In this document: piece by piece, positions 41,925 through 52,275 of the stretch
How positions within the stretch are numbered: the first letter of the stretch is position 1
Layout: each line of letters starts with the position of its first letter
Origin: an uncultured Chloroflexia bacterium
GTDB lineage: Bacteria; Chloroflexota; Chloroflexia; Thermomicrobiales; UBA6265
DNA: 64,000 nt
Assembly: GCA_963737985.1 (NCBI GenBank)
Contig: CAVTUU010000012.1
Location: forward strand, 9,157 to 73,156
Reading direction: 5' to 3'
Made by a program: the position numbers and the translations under genes
The notes under the pieces: generated by a model
Databases searched by the model: none
What the model saw: only the letters and a program-made list of their open reading frames with translations
Told to the model about the DNA's origin: nothing

Positions 41925-43055
41925 CTAACCCGCCATCTTCGCGTAGCGCACCCGATCCCATGCCGTCACCCAATCCGGATAACTCGTGATCGTCGAATCG
42001 GAGGTGTTGAACGGCGGGAAACCCAAGAGCGGGTTCATCGCAAAGAACGGATCGAGATTGTCATAGGGATAGAGCCCGCGACTCATGTCGTCGAGCATCG
42101 GGACCGCCTTTGCGTTCACCACGCCCCGGCGTAGCCGGTTCATCAGCCCCGCCTGCACATCGGGCGAGATGAGATAGTTGATGAACGCGTGCGCGGCATC
42201 GGGCGATGGCGCTCCTTTGGCCAGGGCAAACGCGTCGGCAAAGGTGAAATCGCCCGGCAGCGGATGCGAAGTTTGCAGAGGCTGGCCCTTAGCGGTGACC
42301 ATCGCCGGCACCACTTCCCAGGCGATAGTCGACACCGTGGCGTGACCGCTGGCAAGCTGCGCGGCGAGGTCTTCCATCCGGCCGACGAACGAGACCACGT
42401 TATCGGCTTTGAAGCTCATCAGCGTTTGCACGGTGGTTTCGAGCTGATCTGGCGTTACCTTGGTTGGATCTTCCGCGCCTAAGGCGCGATTCCACACCTT
42501 CAAGTGTCCAACTCCATCGTCGAACATGACCACCTTGCGGCGAAACGCCTCGCCCTGCAGATCGGTCCAGTTCTTGGGAGGATCCGAAATCAACGCCGAG
42601 TTGTAGGCCATCGGCGAACTCCCCCACAAACAGGGCGCGGCATAGGTCACCCCGTTCCGTATCGTCCAGTACGCCTTTTGAAACTGGGGGAGATAGTCCG
42701 CGGCGTTGGTCAGCTTGGTTGGGTCCAGCGGCTGAATGAGATCGACATTGATCAATCCGTGAACCACGCCGTTTTGCGGTGTGACGAGATCGAACCGGCC
42801 GAGTCCACCGGCCCGGAGCTTGAGAAAGATCTCGTCATTGGCGGCGATGGTCGTGGCTTCGACCCGAATGCCGGTCTGGTCGGTGAACGTGCCGAAGAGC
42901 CCCGGGTCGTTGTATCCGGACCAGCACAAGATTCGCAGGGGCGGCGTCGCCGCCCGGCCGATGAGCGGCCAGGGACCAATTCTGGCGCCAAGCGCCACCG
43001 CCCCAGCCCCTACCACTGTCCTTCGATTGATCCGCATTGTTTCTGAGGTCGCCAA
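41925..43055 (-). CDS. ABC transporter substrate-binding protein (PotD/polyamine-like, family 1) with Tat-type signal
   Basis: MRINRRTVVGAGAVALGA, then PLRILCWSGYNDP...; no cognate permease or ATPase adjacent. Confidence 0.75.
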   Translation of the reverse strand: MATSETMRINRRTVVGAGAVALGARIGPWPLIGRAATPPLRILCWSGYNDPGLFGTFTDQTGIRVEATTIAANDEIFLKLRAGGLGRFDLVTPQNGVVHGLINVDLIQPLDPTKLTNAADYLPQFQKAYWTIRNGVTYAAPCLWGSSPMAYNSALISDPPKNWTDLQGEAFRRKVVMFDDGVGHLKVWNRALGAEDPTKVTPDQLETTVQTLMSFKADNVVSFVGRMEDLAAQLASGHATVSTIAWEVVPAMVTAKGQPLQTSHPLPGDFTFADAFALAKGAPSPDAAHAFINYLISPDVQAGLMNRLRRGVVNAKAVPMLDDMSRGLYPYDNLDPFFAMNPLLGFPPFNTSDSTITSYPDWVTAWDRVRYAKMAG

Positions 43056-43064
43056 GTTTCGAAC

Positions 43065-43868
43065 CTATCCTTCCGTCGCCCGGGCCGAACCCGGCAGCGG
43101 CTCCTCCGGCAGCGGCAAATGCACGCCGAGGGTGAGGCCACCATCCAAGATGACCGTTTCTCCAGTGATATACGACGCATCGTCGGAAGCGAGAAAGGCA
43201 ACTGTGCTGGCGATCTCCGCTGTCTCTGCAAAACGGCCGAGGGGAACGCGCTTGAGATACTCCGGCGCGCCGACCGGATCTTCGGTAATGAACGCCGCCC
43301 GTGTCTTCACCATACTTGGCTCGATCGCATTCACCCGCACGCCGTAGGGCCCAAGATCGAGCGCCGCCGAGCGGACCAATGCGACGACCCCACCCTTCGA
43401 GGCGTTGTAATGGACCATGTTCGTTTCGACGTAGAACGCGTTGGTCGAGGCGGTAACGACCATCGATCCCTTGCGTGCGGGGATCATCACCCGGGCAGCT
43501 TCTTGAATACAAAAGAAAGTGCCGGTGAGATTCACGTCGATAATCCGCCGCCAGCTCCGTTCCTCGATCTCCAGCAACGGTTGCGCATCCGCAATGCCAG
43601 CGTTCGCGGCAAGAATATCGAGACCACTGAAATGCTCGACGCACGTTTGCACGGCTCGCGCGACATCCGTTCGCAGAGAGATATCGCCGGTGACCGCTTC
43701 GCCCTGACCACCACGTGATTTGATGCCAGCGATGACCTCGCCAACCGAATCGGATTCGAGATCAAGCGCGACGACGCGTGCGCCTTCACTGGCGAATCGC
43801 TCGGCGATTGCTTGCCCAATTCCATTCCCTGCTCCGGTGACCAGCGCCACCTTTCCACTCAACCGCAT
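43065..43868 (-). CDS. SDR family oxidoreductase
   Basis: TGAGNGIG cofactor motif, NAG, catalytic YNASKGG. Confidence 0.9.
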   Translation of the reverse strand: MRLSGKVALVTGAGNGIGQAIAERFASEGARVVALDLESDSVGEVIAGIKSRGGQGEAVTGDISLRTDVARAVQTCVEHFSGLDILAANAGIADAQPLLEIEERSWRRIIDVNLTGTFFCIQEAARVMIPARKGSMVVTASTNAFYVETNMVHYNASKGGVVALVRSAALDLGPYGVRVNAIEPSMVKTRAAFITEDPVGAPEYLKRVPLGRFAETAEIASTVAFLASDDASYITGETVILDGGLTLGVHLPLPEEPLPGSARATEG

Positions 43869-43960
43869 GTATTCGCTCCCTTCATGCGCAATCCGGGACT
43901 TCTAACACAGGCGGCTACAATGTGTCCGGTGACATCTGAAGTACGCCGAGGGATCGATTT

Positions 43961-45580
43961 TTGACGCGGAACATTCCATCTGATATCGAACGCAAGCGTT
44001 TTGATCTTGTCGTCATCGGCGCGGGGATCAACGGTGTCGGCATCGCGCGCGATGCCGCGTTGCGCGGTCTGCGTGTCCTCGTCATCGATAAAGGCGATAT
44101 CGGGAGCGGCACGACCAGCGAATCGACCCGTCTCATTCACGGCGGGCTGCGCTATCTGCAGCACTACGAGTTTGGCCTCGTCCGCGAATCGCTACGCGAG
44201 CGCGAGCTCCTCCTCCGCAACGCGCCCCATCTCGTGCGGCCGATGCCGACGCTCTTTCCTATCTATGAAGGAGCACGGCGCGGACCAAAACTCGTTCGGA
44301 CCGGAATGGTCCTCTACGATGTGTTGTCCTATGACAAGTCGCTGAGCCGCCATCACATGATGGATCACGACCAAGCGCTTGCCAAAGCACCCGGGCTCGA
44401 CACCAGCGGTTTGCGCGCGGCGGCACTCTTCTTCGACGCTCAAGCGACGTTCCCCGAACGGCTCGCGGTCGAAAATGCGATTTCCGCGCGGGACTCCGGG
44501 GCAACAATCATCACCTACGCTCGTGTCGATGGCATCGTGACCGAAGGCGCCGTCGTACGCGGCGTTTCGATCACTGACGTGCTGACCGGAGATTCGTTCA
44601 TCGCTAAAGCGAAGATCGTTGTCAATGTCGCCGGCCCCTGGGTCGATCAGGTGCTGACAAGCGCGCCGAACACCAATTCCCGCGAACATCTCATCGGCGG
44701 TACTCGTGGCAGTCACCTCGTTGTTGCCTCATTTCCCGGCGCTCCCGAGGTTACGCTTTATTTCGAGGCAGGGGCGGATGGCCGCCCGATGATGGTCGTG
44801 CCCTGGAACGGTCTCTTTCTCATTGGCACAACCGACATTCGCCATGAGGGGAATCCGGACGAGGCCCGGGCAAGCGATGAGGAGATCGACTATCTCCTCA
44901 AGGAAACCAATCAGCTCATCCCTGACGCTGGGCTGACAGGCGACGACGTGCTTTACACGTTCAGCGGTGTGCGCCCGCTGCCATTCACGCCGGATGGCAC
45001 AACCGCCGCGATCACTCGTCGCCACATCATCAAAAACCACGCGCCGAAGCTGCGCGGTCTCTACTCGATCATCGGCGGCAAACTCACCACCTATCGCAGT
45101 CTCGCCGAGGAGATGGTCGATCGCGTGTGCGACGATCTCGGCGTCGACGAACGCTCCTCCACCGCGAATTCCCCGCTTGGTCATACTGCCGATTCCTCAT
45201 CGGAAGACATCGGGCTGCCGGGATCGGCCCTCGACCGTCTAGCAGCGGTCTACGGAGACAAATCGGACAGCGTCCTCGATCTGGCCGTAACATCGCCCGA
45301 TCTGCTCGAGCCGTTCTGCCCCGAAACCGGCGCGATCGGCGCTGAGGTCGTCCACGCTGTGAAATCTGAAATGGCGACCACACTCGAAGACATCCTGCTA
45401 CGCCGGACGATGGTCGGATTGGGACCTCGCATGGGCATCGGCGCCGACGTTGCGGCCGCCGCAGTCGCCAAACGCCACCTCGGCTGGGACCAAGCTCGCG
45501 CCGACCGCGAAGTCGACGCTTACCGCGCCGCCCTCAGCCGGTTCCGCCCACGCGCATTGCAAGAAGCCGCCACGACCTAG
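43961..45580 (+). CDS. glpD: FAD-dependent glycerol-3-phosphate dehydrogenase/oxidase
   Basis: DLVVIGAGINGVGIARDAALRG, GTTSESTRLIHGGLRYL, GGKLTTYR. TTG start. Confidence 0.85.
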   Translation: MTRNIPSDIERKRFDLVVIGAGINGVGIARDAALRGLRVLVIDKGDIGSGTTSESTRLIHGGLRYLQHYEFGLVRESLRERELLLRNAPHLVRPMPTLFPIYEGARRGPKLVRTGMVLYDVLSYDKSLSRHHMMDHDQALAKAPGLDTSGLRAAALFFDAQATFPERLAVENAISARDSGATIITYARVDGIVTEGAVVRGVSITDVLTGDSFIAKAKIVVNVAGPWVDQVLTSAPNTNSREHLIGGTRGSHLVVASFPGAPEVTLYFEAGADGRPMMVVPWNGLFLIGTTDIRHEGNPDEARASDEEIDYLLKETNQLIPDAGLTGDDVLYTFSGVRPLPFTPDGTTAAITRRHIIKNHAPKLRGLYSIIGGKLTTYRSLAEEMVDRVCDDLGVDERSSTANSPLGHTADSSSEDIGLPGSALDRLAAVYGDKSDSVLDLAVTSPDLLEPFCPETGAIGAEVVHAVKSEMATTLEDILLRRTMVGLGPRMGIGADVAAAAVAKRHLGWDQARADREVDAYRAALSRFRPRALQEAATT

Positions 45581-45840
45581 AGATTCCCTCATTCGCCGCT
45601 GCGCGGTCTGCGCCCCGCGCGGCCCTAAAGGGATCCGCACTCAAGCGCCGAAGCCCGCTGAAGCGACTGAGATGCGCACCGCCGCATCAACCTGGTAACC
45701 AAGCGGACCCGACCGCATGAACCTAGCCGGTCTTGAGCCGGCTTCGTTCTTTGAGCCCGGCTTCTTTAGGACCGGGCACGTGGCAACGCCGCGTAGGCTC
45801 CAGTCGAATTTACATACAATCAGCTAGGCTGAGAGTCGCG

Positions 45841-46908
45841 CTACTGCAACTTCCCACGCGCGGCGACAGGCCAGACGGTTTCGACGATCCCGTGGCGCAC
45901 ACCGTAGAGCGCTTCGTGGAGGTGAACGACCTGATCGCTGTAACCAATGCCAAGCTCGACCCGCTCGCCGACTCTCGGTTCTGGACAGGGAACGTCCAGG
46001 TAAATCTTGCCGTGTTCTGCCGAGAACCCCAGCGGCTGCTTTACCGCCAGCCCTCGCACGCTCGGTTGGCAGTTGGTCGGATCGATCGTTTTGCGCCCGG
46101 CGTCGATGATCACGCGATCAGGTTTCGGCCGGCTAACGACCTGCGCCATGAGCGTCAGCGCCGGTTCGACCCGTGCGCCGAGGTCGCGATAAATTGAGTC
46201 ACCGAAAACACCGCCACCAGCCTGAACTTCAGTCACGCCCTGGATGCCTGCGGTCACCAAATAGGTCCCCGTCCCGCCACAGGAAACGATGTCGACCGGC
46301 AAGCCAGCTTCGCGACAGGCGTCGGCCGTCGAGACGAGCAGGCCAACGGCCTCCCGAATCGCGGTCTCGCGTTTACCTGGGTCTGCAATGTCCATCGTGT
46401 GGCCTTCCCAGGCCATGACTCCGACAAAACGCAGACCGTCGCAGGCGGCGATTTCGTGAGCCAGGGTGACCGCGTCGACCGGTTCGACACCGCAGCGATT
46501 CATACCGGTGTTGACCTCGATCACGACGCGGGGCCGCGTTCCTTGGCGGCGAGCGGCATCGTCAAGCTGTCGCATCCCCTCAAGTGAATCGACGGCAACG
46601 ATGACATCCGCCTGGCGGCAGAGCGCGGCCAAGCGCCGCGTTTTGATCTCCCCGACGACCTGGTTGGCGATGAGAATGTCGCGGATACCGAGGATGCCAT
46701 CACTTCGGCCTCGCCGAGTTTGGCAACAGTCACGCCGATCGCTCCCGCCGCAATCTCCGTGGGCAATCGCTGGCGTTTTCAGTGCTTTCGTATGGGGCCG
46801 CCATGAGGCGCCAAGGGCCGCGATATCTTGCGCCATGGCAGTAATGTTCGATTCAAGCGCATCGAGATCGACGAGGAGCGCGGGTGTATCGAGTCCACTA
46901 ACCGGCAA
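45841..46908 (-). pseudogene. Alanine-racemase-fold PLP enzyme (D-threonine aldolase / D-serine dehydratase DSD1-like) with an internal compensated double frameshift
   Basis: LLVDLDALESN, RPHTKALKTP, VVIEVNTGMNRCG and the C-terminal beta domain are in frame. Residues 51-74 (46687-46758) read GDCGGSDRRDCCQTRRGRSDGILG, whereas the expected EIAAGAIGVTVAKLGEAEVMA is in another frame (ORF 46521-46766). Confidence 0.7.
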
Positions 46909-47102
46909 CCCAACGAACGACGTCCCGCACTCCCCGCTCCTTCTCTATCTCATCTCATATCCAAGACTTGAGCGGTCAGAATACACCGGGCCGCGAGTTC
47001 ATCGCCGGCTGGGATCCTCAGTTCATCGCACTTTCACTCGTCCTCGATAGGGTGGTCATGCGCGAGGCGGTGCCAACTCAGCTTCATTGAAAGGAAACCC
47101 TC

Positions 47103-48444
47103 ATGGCCACACGAACATTCCTTCCGTTACTCGTTGTAGCGCTCTTGGCAATGATCTGGGCAATTCCGGCTTCTGTTCTTGCTTCGCCGTCGCCCACCGC
47201 TTCATGCGTGAAAGTCGAGTCGAGCGATCGCTGTCTTCCGATCGCGCCAGATAGCAAGCGCGTCGATCTCGGCGCACCGGTTTTCTCGAACCCGAACAAA
47301 CATTACGAACCCGCTCTTCCCGGTCAGCCAGCAACACTCCGTTCTCATCCTCGGCTACATCGGAGAAAAGCCGCTTCGAATCGAAATCACCCTGCTCCCA
47401 AAGACCCAAAGAATCGAGTGGAACGGTCAGCAAACCGAAACGCTGATTTCCCAGTTCGTCGCGTACCTTGACGGCCGAATCGAAGAGGTTGCGATCGACC
47501 GCTATGCCCAGGCCGACGACGGTTCGGTCTGGTACTTCGGTGAAGACGTGTTCAATTACGAGAACGGCGTTGTCGCCGACACCGAAGGGACCTGGCTCGC
47601 CGGGATAAATGGGCCGCCTGCGATGATCATGCCTGCGCATCCACAGATCGGCGACGTCTATCGCTCCGAGAACATGCCCGATTTCGTTTTTGAGCAAGTG
47701 ACCGTCAAAACCATCGATGAAACCGTAAACGGCCCGACGGGTCCAGTCGAGGGGGCGATGGTCGGACAGGAACTTCATCAGGACGGGACGTACGAGGACA
47801 AGATCTTTGCACCAGGCTACGGCGAATTCCGCAGCGCATCGCCGGGTGAGCTGGAAGCGCTTGCGCTCGCTGTGCCCTCCGACGCGCTCGCTCAAGCTGT
47901 CCCAGGTCGAGTGACGACCCTCGCGTCTGGCGCCTCAGACCTCATCGACGCGTCGTCAACCGGCGATTGGGAAGCAGTTCGGGCGACAGTCCAGGATCTT
48001 TCCGCCACGTGGTCCGCGTTTCGCGCGCAGGATGTGCCCGATCTCGTCGAGTACGAGATGAGTGAAGCACTCAACTCACTTGCCGGGGAGGTCGACGCCC
48101 AAGACGCAATCGCCACCGGTCAGGCAGCGATCAACGTCGAGCGCGCCGCCCTCGATCTTCAGTTCCGATATCGACCACCGGTCGAGATTGATCTCGCCCG
48201 TCTCGATCTGATGGTGCGGCAACAACTCCTCGATGCCACGGCCAACGATCCTGCCGGTATCTTGAGCGACGTCACCTTTGAGGAGTTGATTTGGAACCGA
48301 ATCGCTCCGACTGTCGACCAGTCTGTCGCGACGCAAATCGATGCGGAACTGAAGCAGTTGCGGACTGCCGCCGACGCTGGCGACTTCGCGGCCGCGGCGA
48401 AAGGCGCGACGAAGCTGCGAGTGCTGCTGGGTTCGATCAAGTAG
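47103..48444 (+). CDS. Secreted hypothetical protein, interrupted by one frameshift near 47300
   Basis: ORF 47103-47471 starts with the signal peptide MATRTFLPLLVVALLAMIWAIPASVLA. From 47302 the protein-like sequence (ITNPLFPVSQQHSVLILGYIGEKPLRIEITLLPKTQRIEWNG...) continues in the frame of ORF 47548-48444. The C-terminal half is helical. Confidence 0.6.
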
Positions 48445-48454
48445 AGAACCCGGT

Positions 48455-48660
48455 CTTTCAAGCGGCGGGGCTTCCCTCACCCCGGCGGAGTTCCCTCACC
48501 CGGCCCTACGGGCCACCCTCTCCCGTGCGCGGGAGAGGGAGCGACACTAGCGCCGGCCCGGCTAAACGACTCCCCTCTACCTCGCAAGGGAGACTCCCCC
48601 CGGTGGGGGGAGGTGGCCCACAGGGCCGGAAGGGGAGGGGATCAAGGGGGTGAGGGAACT
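48455..48660. repeat. Intergenic CCCTCACCC / CCCTCTCCC...GGGAGAGGG repeat cluster
   Basis: Hairpin at 48516-48539 plus flanking CCCTCACCC and GGGGAGG motifs, related to 38921-39060. Confidence 0.6.
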
Positions 48661-48678
48661 CTTGGTGGAAACCTTCCT

Positions 48679-49092
48679 TTACGCTTCGGTTGTGATGTCA
48701 TCGATGAGCCAGCGACCGCGCTCGGGGGACCAACTGAAGATATAGCGCTCAGGCGGCAAAGCGCCGTTGGGCCCGTACACGACGTTTGCGCTGATTCTGC
48801 CGTCGGGGAGCGTGATCACACTTTCCATATGAGCAACCAGCGATCGATGTTCGTTCGCGCGAACGCCCGGTCCCTGATAGCGCCGAATGAACTCGTCGAG
48901 CGAAAGACCTAATTCCTGCGCGAACTTCTGAAAAAACCGGTCGGTGTAGAGACCGAATCCACTCAGCATCGCGCCGTCATTGGCGCACTCGAGGAGGGTT
49001 GAGACCGTGGCTGAGATTCCGGACGGTACGGAGTTGTCACTCGATCCGCCACTCGCTGGCGCCGTTTGGTCCGATGGTAGGTCACTCGTCAT
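48679..49092 (-). CDS. Hypothetical protein
   Basis: Start placed at MTSDLPSDQ (49092), which overlaps the upstream stop as ATGA. The C-terminal part (VAHMESVITLPDGRISANVVYGPNG...YIFSWSPERGRWLIDDI) looks like a small alpha+beta fold. Confidence 0.5.
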   Translation of the reverse strand: MTSDLPSDQTAPASGGSSDNSVPSGISATVSTLLECANDGAMLSGFGLYTDRFFQKFAQELGLSLDEFIRRYQGPGVRANEHRSLVAHMESVITLPDGRISANVVYGPNGALPPERYIFSWSPERGRWLIDDITTEA

Positions 49093-49643
49093 GGCACTCC
49101 GATCATCACGGCATCCCCTGGCTTGGAAGGCTGAGCTGGCTGTGAAGTTCCCGATCCGCTCCCAGGCCGGGCCGGTTGGACCGCGCCTGCTTCCCACCGC
49201 GCCCACCGCTCCCCATGCACGTCTTCGTGCGGATTCGGGTCGCTCGGTTGACTGGAGGACAACTTCGCCAAGAGTGGCCGAATCAGGTAGGCAATGAGCC
49301 CGATGCCGACAGTCATCGAGACGCCGATCGCAATTATGAGTCCAATCCCGGCATCAGATGCCTGATTGGCCGTTGGCGCGATCGAGAAATGTGGAAGCTG
49401 GTGAAGAACGACTGTTCCGGGCAGCGCCACCACGGCCCCACTCGCTCGATCCGGGCGCCGGCGGAACCTGTGTTGCAACCGGCATTTCGTCATCTGCGAT
49501 CTCGCGATCTCGATTTCATGTCGCTCTTGCGGACTGACCGGATGAGCGAGTTCATCGCCCAGAGCCGGCCAGTCCACCCGCCAGTCGGGTCGCGTCGTAC
49601 CGGAGAAAGGGTCCCAGCACGACACGACCCACCCTAGCGGCAC
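49089..49643 (-). CDS. Hypothetical single-pass membrane protein
   Basis: One clear TM helix (GIGLIIAIGVSMTVGIGLIAYLI). Translationally coupled to the downstream ORF. Confidence 0.45.
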   Translation of the reverse strand: MPLGWVVSCWDPFSGTTRPDWRVDWPALGDELAHPVSPQERHEIEIARSQMTKCRLQHRFRRRPDRASGAVVALPGTVVLHQLPHFSIAPTANQASDAGIGLIIAIGVSMTVGIGLIAYLIRPLLAKLSSSQPSDPNPHEDVHGERWARWEAGAVQPARPGSGSGTSQPAQPSKPGDAVMIGVP

Positions 49644-50113
49644 CCCCCATTCGGGTCAATCGAGGATGATCGCCAGGTGGTCTAGAGTTCCTAGGGGAGA
49701 TTAGTACGCCTACGCGGCCTATTTACCCGGTTTTCCCATGACGGCGGTACTTTAGAACATTCTTGACGCTGGCGTCAGCCGATCACTGTGCCCGCGTTTC
49801 ACAGCCAAATATGACCGCGTGGCTGCGCATATCTCAGTCTGGCTCGGTTGAGTGTCTCGGTCATGATCTGCGTCAGAATCGACCGCGACAGCGCGAGGCG
49901 CTCATGTCAGGTGCCTAAGGGTTTCTCAGTATGGCACACTGGGCCTGAGCGTCTCAATTGTGGTCGGAATTCGGCAACGCAAACCGTTACACAAAGGTCG
50001 AAACTGTCGAGTGTCAATCTCGTCGTCATTGGGGAAACCAAACACTAGGCGAGCGCGATCTCGAGCGTCAGACCGCGGAACTCTTCTCGCTCCGGTGACA
50101 AGAGCAGCAAACA

Positions 50114-50263
50114 TCAACCATCGTGATCGACCCACCACTCGTCAATGTAGCCGCGGCGTTCACGAATGGCGTCTTGCAGATCGCGCTCCTCGAGCGAGGT
50201 GTCGACGCCGGCGCGGGCGATAGCTGCTGCGAGGTCAGGGGAGAATCTCTTGGACAAGGTCAT
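50114..50263 (-). CDS. Hypothetical 49-aa protein (below the ORF-track cut-off)
   Basis: ATG at 50263, TGA at 50114-50116: MTLSKRFSPDLAAAIARAGVDTSLEERDLQDAIRERRGYIDEWWVDHDG. Lies 36 nt downstream of the DUF4411 gene on the same strand. Higher GC than the islet. Confidence 0.3.
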   Translation of the reverse strand: MTLSKRFSPDLAAAIARAGVDTSLEERDLQDAIRERRGYIDEWWVDHDG

Positions 50264-50299
50264 GCGTGAGTGGTTGCTTGAGAGTATGCGTAATCCTGC

Positions 50300-50773
50300 T
50301 TACTCAAAAATCCAGCCTTCTGTAGTCACAATGTCGACCATTCGGCCATGAGGAATACCGTAACGATTGCAAATAAAAGGAATCTTTGGGTTTTCCTTTG
50401 ATCCCGCGTGCTCGCCACAAAGCACTTTCAATCCTCGGGTCTTTGCAAGTGCAATGACCCACGGATCGGCGGGATCCGGTCTGGTGTGTTTTCTTGAAAG
50501 CGCCGGAAAATCACGCGCAATTTCATAGAAGACTTTTAGTTGTTCCATATCACGGTCCACAAACATTTCTCTATGCTCCCTGACCCAGCGAGAGAGATCG
50601 TCGTCTCGTTCCTGAAGTTCTTTGTACACCTGTATCGGCGCAACAAGCCGACCCGCTTTTACGAATTCAGAGATGCGGCGCCAGGGTGCGACAAAATTCT
50701 TGGCTGGAAGGTCACTATAATACGCCGCGGTGAATTCGCTCGTGTCTATGCAATAAGACTGATCATTAGCCAC
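50300..50773 (-). CDS. DUF4411-family PIN-like nuclease
   Basis: YCIDTSEF...APWRRISEFVKAGRLVAPIQVYKELQERDDDLSRWVREH...ADPWVIALAKTRGLKVLCGE...KIPFICNRYGIP follows the DUF4411 pattern. GTG at 50773 behind GGAGAGGGAAG, overlapping the upstream stop by 8 nt. Confidence 0.75.
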   Translation of the reverse strand: MANDQSYCIDTSEFTAAYYSDLPAKNFVAPWRRISEFVKAGRLVAPIQVYKELQERDDDLSRWVREHREMFVDRDMEQLKVFYEIARDFPALSRKHTRPDPADPWVIALAKTRGLKVLCGEHAGSKENPKIPFICNRYGIPHGRMVDIVTTEGWIFE

Positions 50774-51949
50774 CTTCCCTCTCCAGCACATTGACGAGCT
50801 CCGGAACGTGCTTGAATTTGAGGTTCAGGTAGGAACTGACTTCTAGGGAGAGATGTCCGCCTGGTCGTAAGCGCGCAGTACCGAAGTGATGAATCGCCGA
50901 CCCAAATGCCGAATAGTGTTTTCGTACGGATTTCCCCAGACCTCGGCCTTGTAGCTTTCTGGGCTTTTGGCTTTTGATATCTCGCGTTGAAAATCCGCTT
51001 CCATTTCGCATAGTGCTGCGCGACGTTTTCTCGAGTGTGACAAGCCGAAGAAGCATCGCTTCCTCACTCACCCCATAGCGGTCAGCAATCGTATGAGGTC
51101 GCGCCCTGACCATTTTGTCCGCGGACCCGCCTCGGCGATGATCGGATCTTGCAAGAGGACGTGCTTCGGCATAAGCGCGGCCGCGGCAACTGCGTTGCAA
51201 TACCGCTCCAGCGACTCATTTGATTTATTTCGGCCGCTATATTGATCCTGGAGATCGCAAATGCCGCCGCGCCGGAGCAAGATATGGACGAGCTCATGCA
51301 AAAGGGTGAAGAGCCTGCCTCTTGCTGAGTCCCGGCTATTTAGCGCTATTGCCGGAAAAGGGAAGGTTCCAATTGAGAACCCACGCATCTGATCAATGGG
51401 GATTCCAGGTACGTGAGTGACCAGAATCCCCTTCTCTTCAATGAGTGAAGACCAAAATGAAAGCATTTGACCAGGGGTACGCTGAGTCTCGGGAACCTGA
51501 TCAACGTTGAGCCACGTCCTAATTCTCTCTCCGGACTTTTCGGGATCACTGTCCAAATCGAGCCGAAGATCAATTTCGGACGGCTGAGCTTCTGCCTCCA
51601 TCTCAACAAAGTCGAGGAGGATCTCCCGCTCACCGAGCACACGGCGATGGGCCTTGTGCAATTCGGGCGGCCATGCACGTCCGTGATTCTCCGGGAGGAG
51701 ACGGAAGTCGGGGAGACTCTCGGCGAGCGCCGGAGGGGTATCCAGAAAGAATGAAATCAAGGGCCGATCATAGAGATCAGCCATGTTCTCGAGCGTCGCC
51801 AACGGAACCGAGAGCTCGCCCAATTCGTACAGCCCAAGGTCTGAGGAGAAGATATTCAGGCTCTTGGCCGCATCCTGGGGCGAAATGCCAATGGATTCTC
51901 GCGCCCATCGAAGAACAGATGGAGCGGCCTCGACTGACAACACTGCCAT
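50766..51949 (-). pseudogene. XRE-family HTH fused to ImmA/IrrE (COG2856, M78) zinc metallopeptidase; three frameshifts in the C-terminal third
   Basis: HTH region LRWARESIGISPQDAAKSLNI. HEXXH as LLHELVHIL. The C-terminal helical domain is split over ORFs 51068-52000, 50766-51200 and 50843-51067, with shifts near 51090, 50995 and 50850. Confidence 0.75.
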
Positions 51950-52093
51950 TTCCCGCCCCCTTTTCAGCAAGTTGTGCTCGTTCGTGGCACATACTAACAC
52001 CAGCTTTCAGTCGGCAACAGACTTCCTCTACCAATTGCTAAAACCCGATTTCAAGTGCGTCAGCGCGCCCTTGATTTTGAGCACCAGTCGGAC

Positions 52094-52135
52094 AAACGAA
52101 CGGCGGCCATCACCTCGACGAGCCGCCGTTCGCTT
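52094..52135 (-). terminator. Terminator-like hairpin downstream of the Ig/IPT-repeat ORF
   Basis: 12-bp stem ACGAACGGCGGC/GCCGCCGTTCGT-like with a 14-nt loop, followed on the minus strand by TTTGTCC. Confidence 0.35.
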
Positions 52136-52275
52136 TGCACATTAGCCGAGAAATAATTCTTAATCTATTCCGCTACCCAGTTTTGATATGCCTCGACTCA
52201 AGCCCCACCCCCAACCGGCCATCGCCGATAATCTTTGTCACCGGATAACGGATGACATTACATCGCTCGTGCGTA

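Noticed and set aside
47101-47895. 264-aa minus-strand ORF overlapping the secreted-protein gene.
   Set aside because: It is antisense to a frame with a signal peptide and protein-like sequence, and its own translation has no recognisable features.
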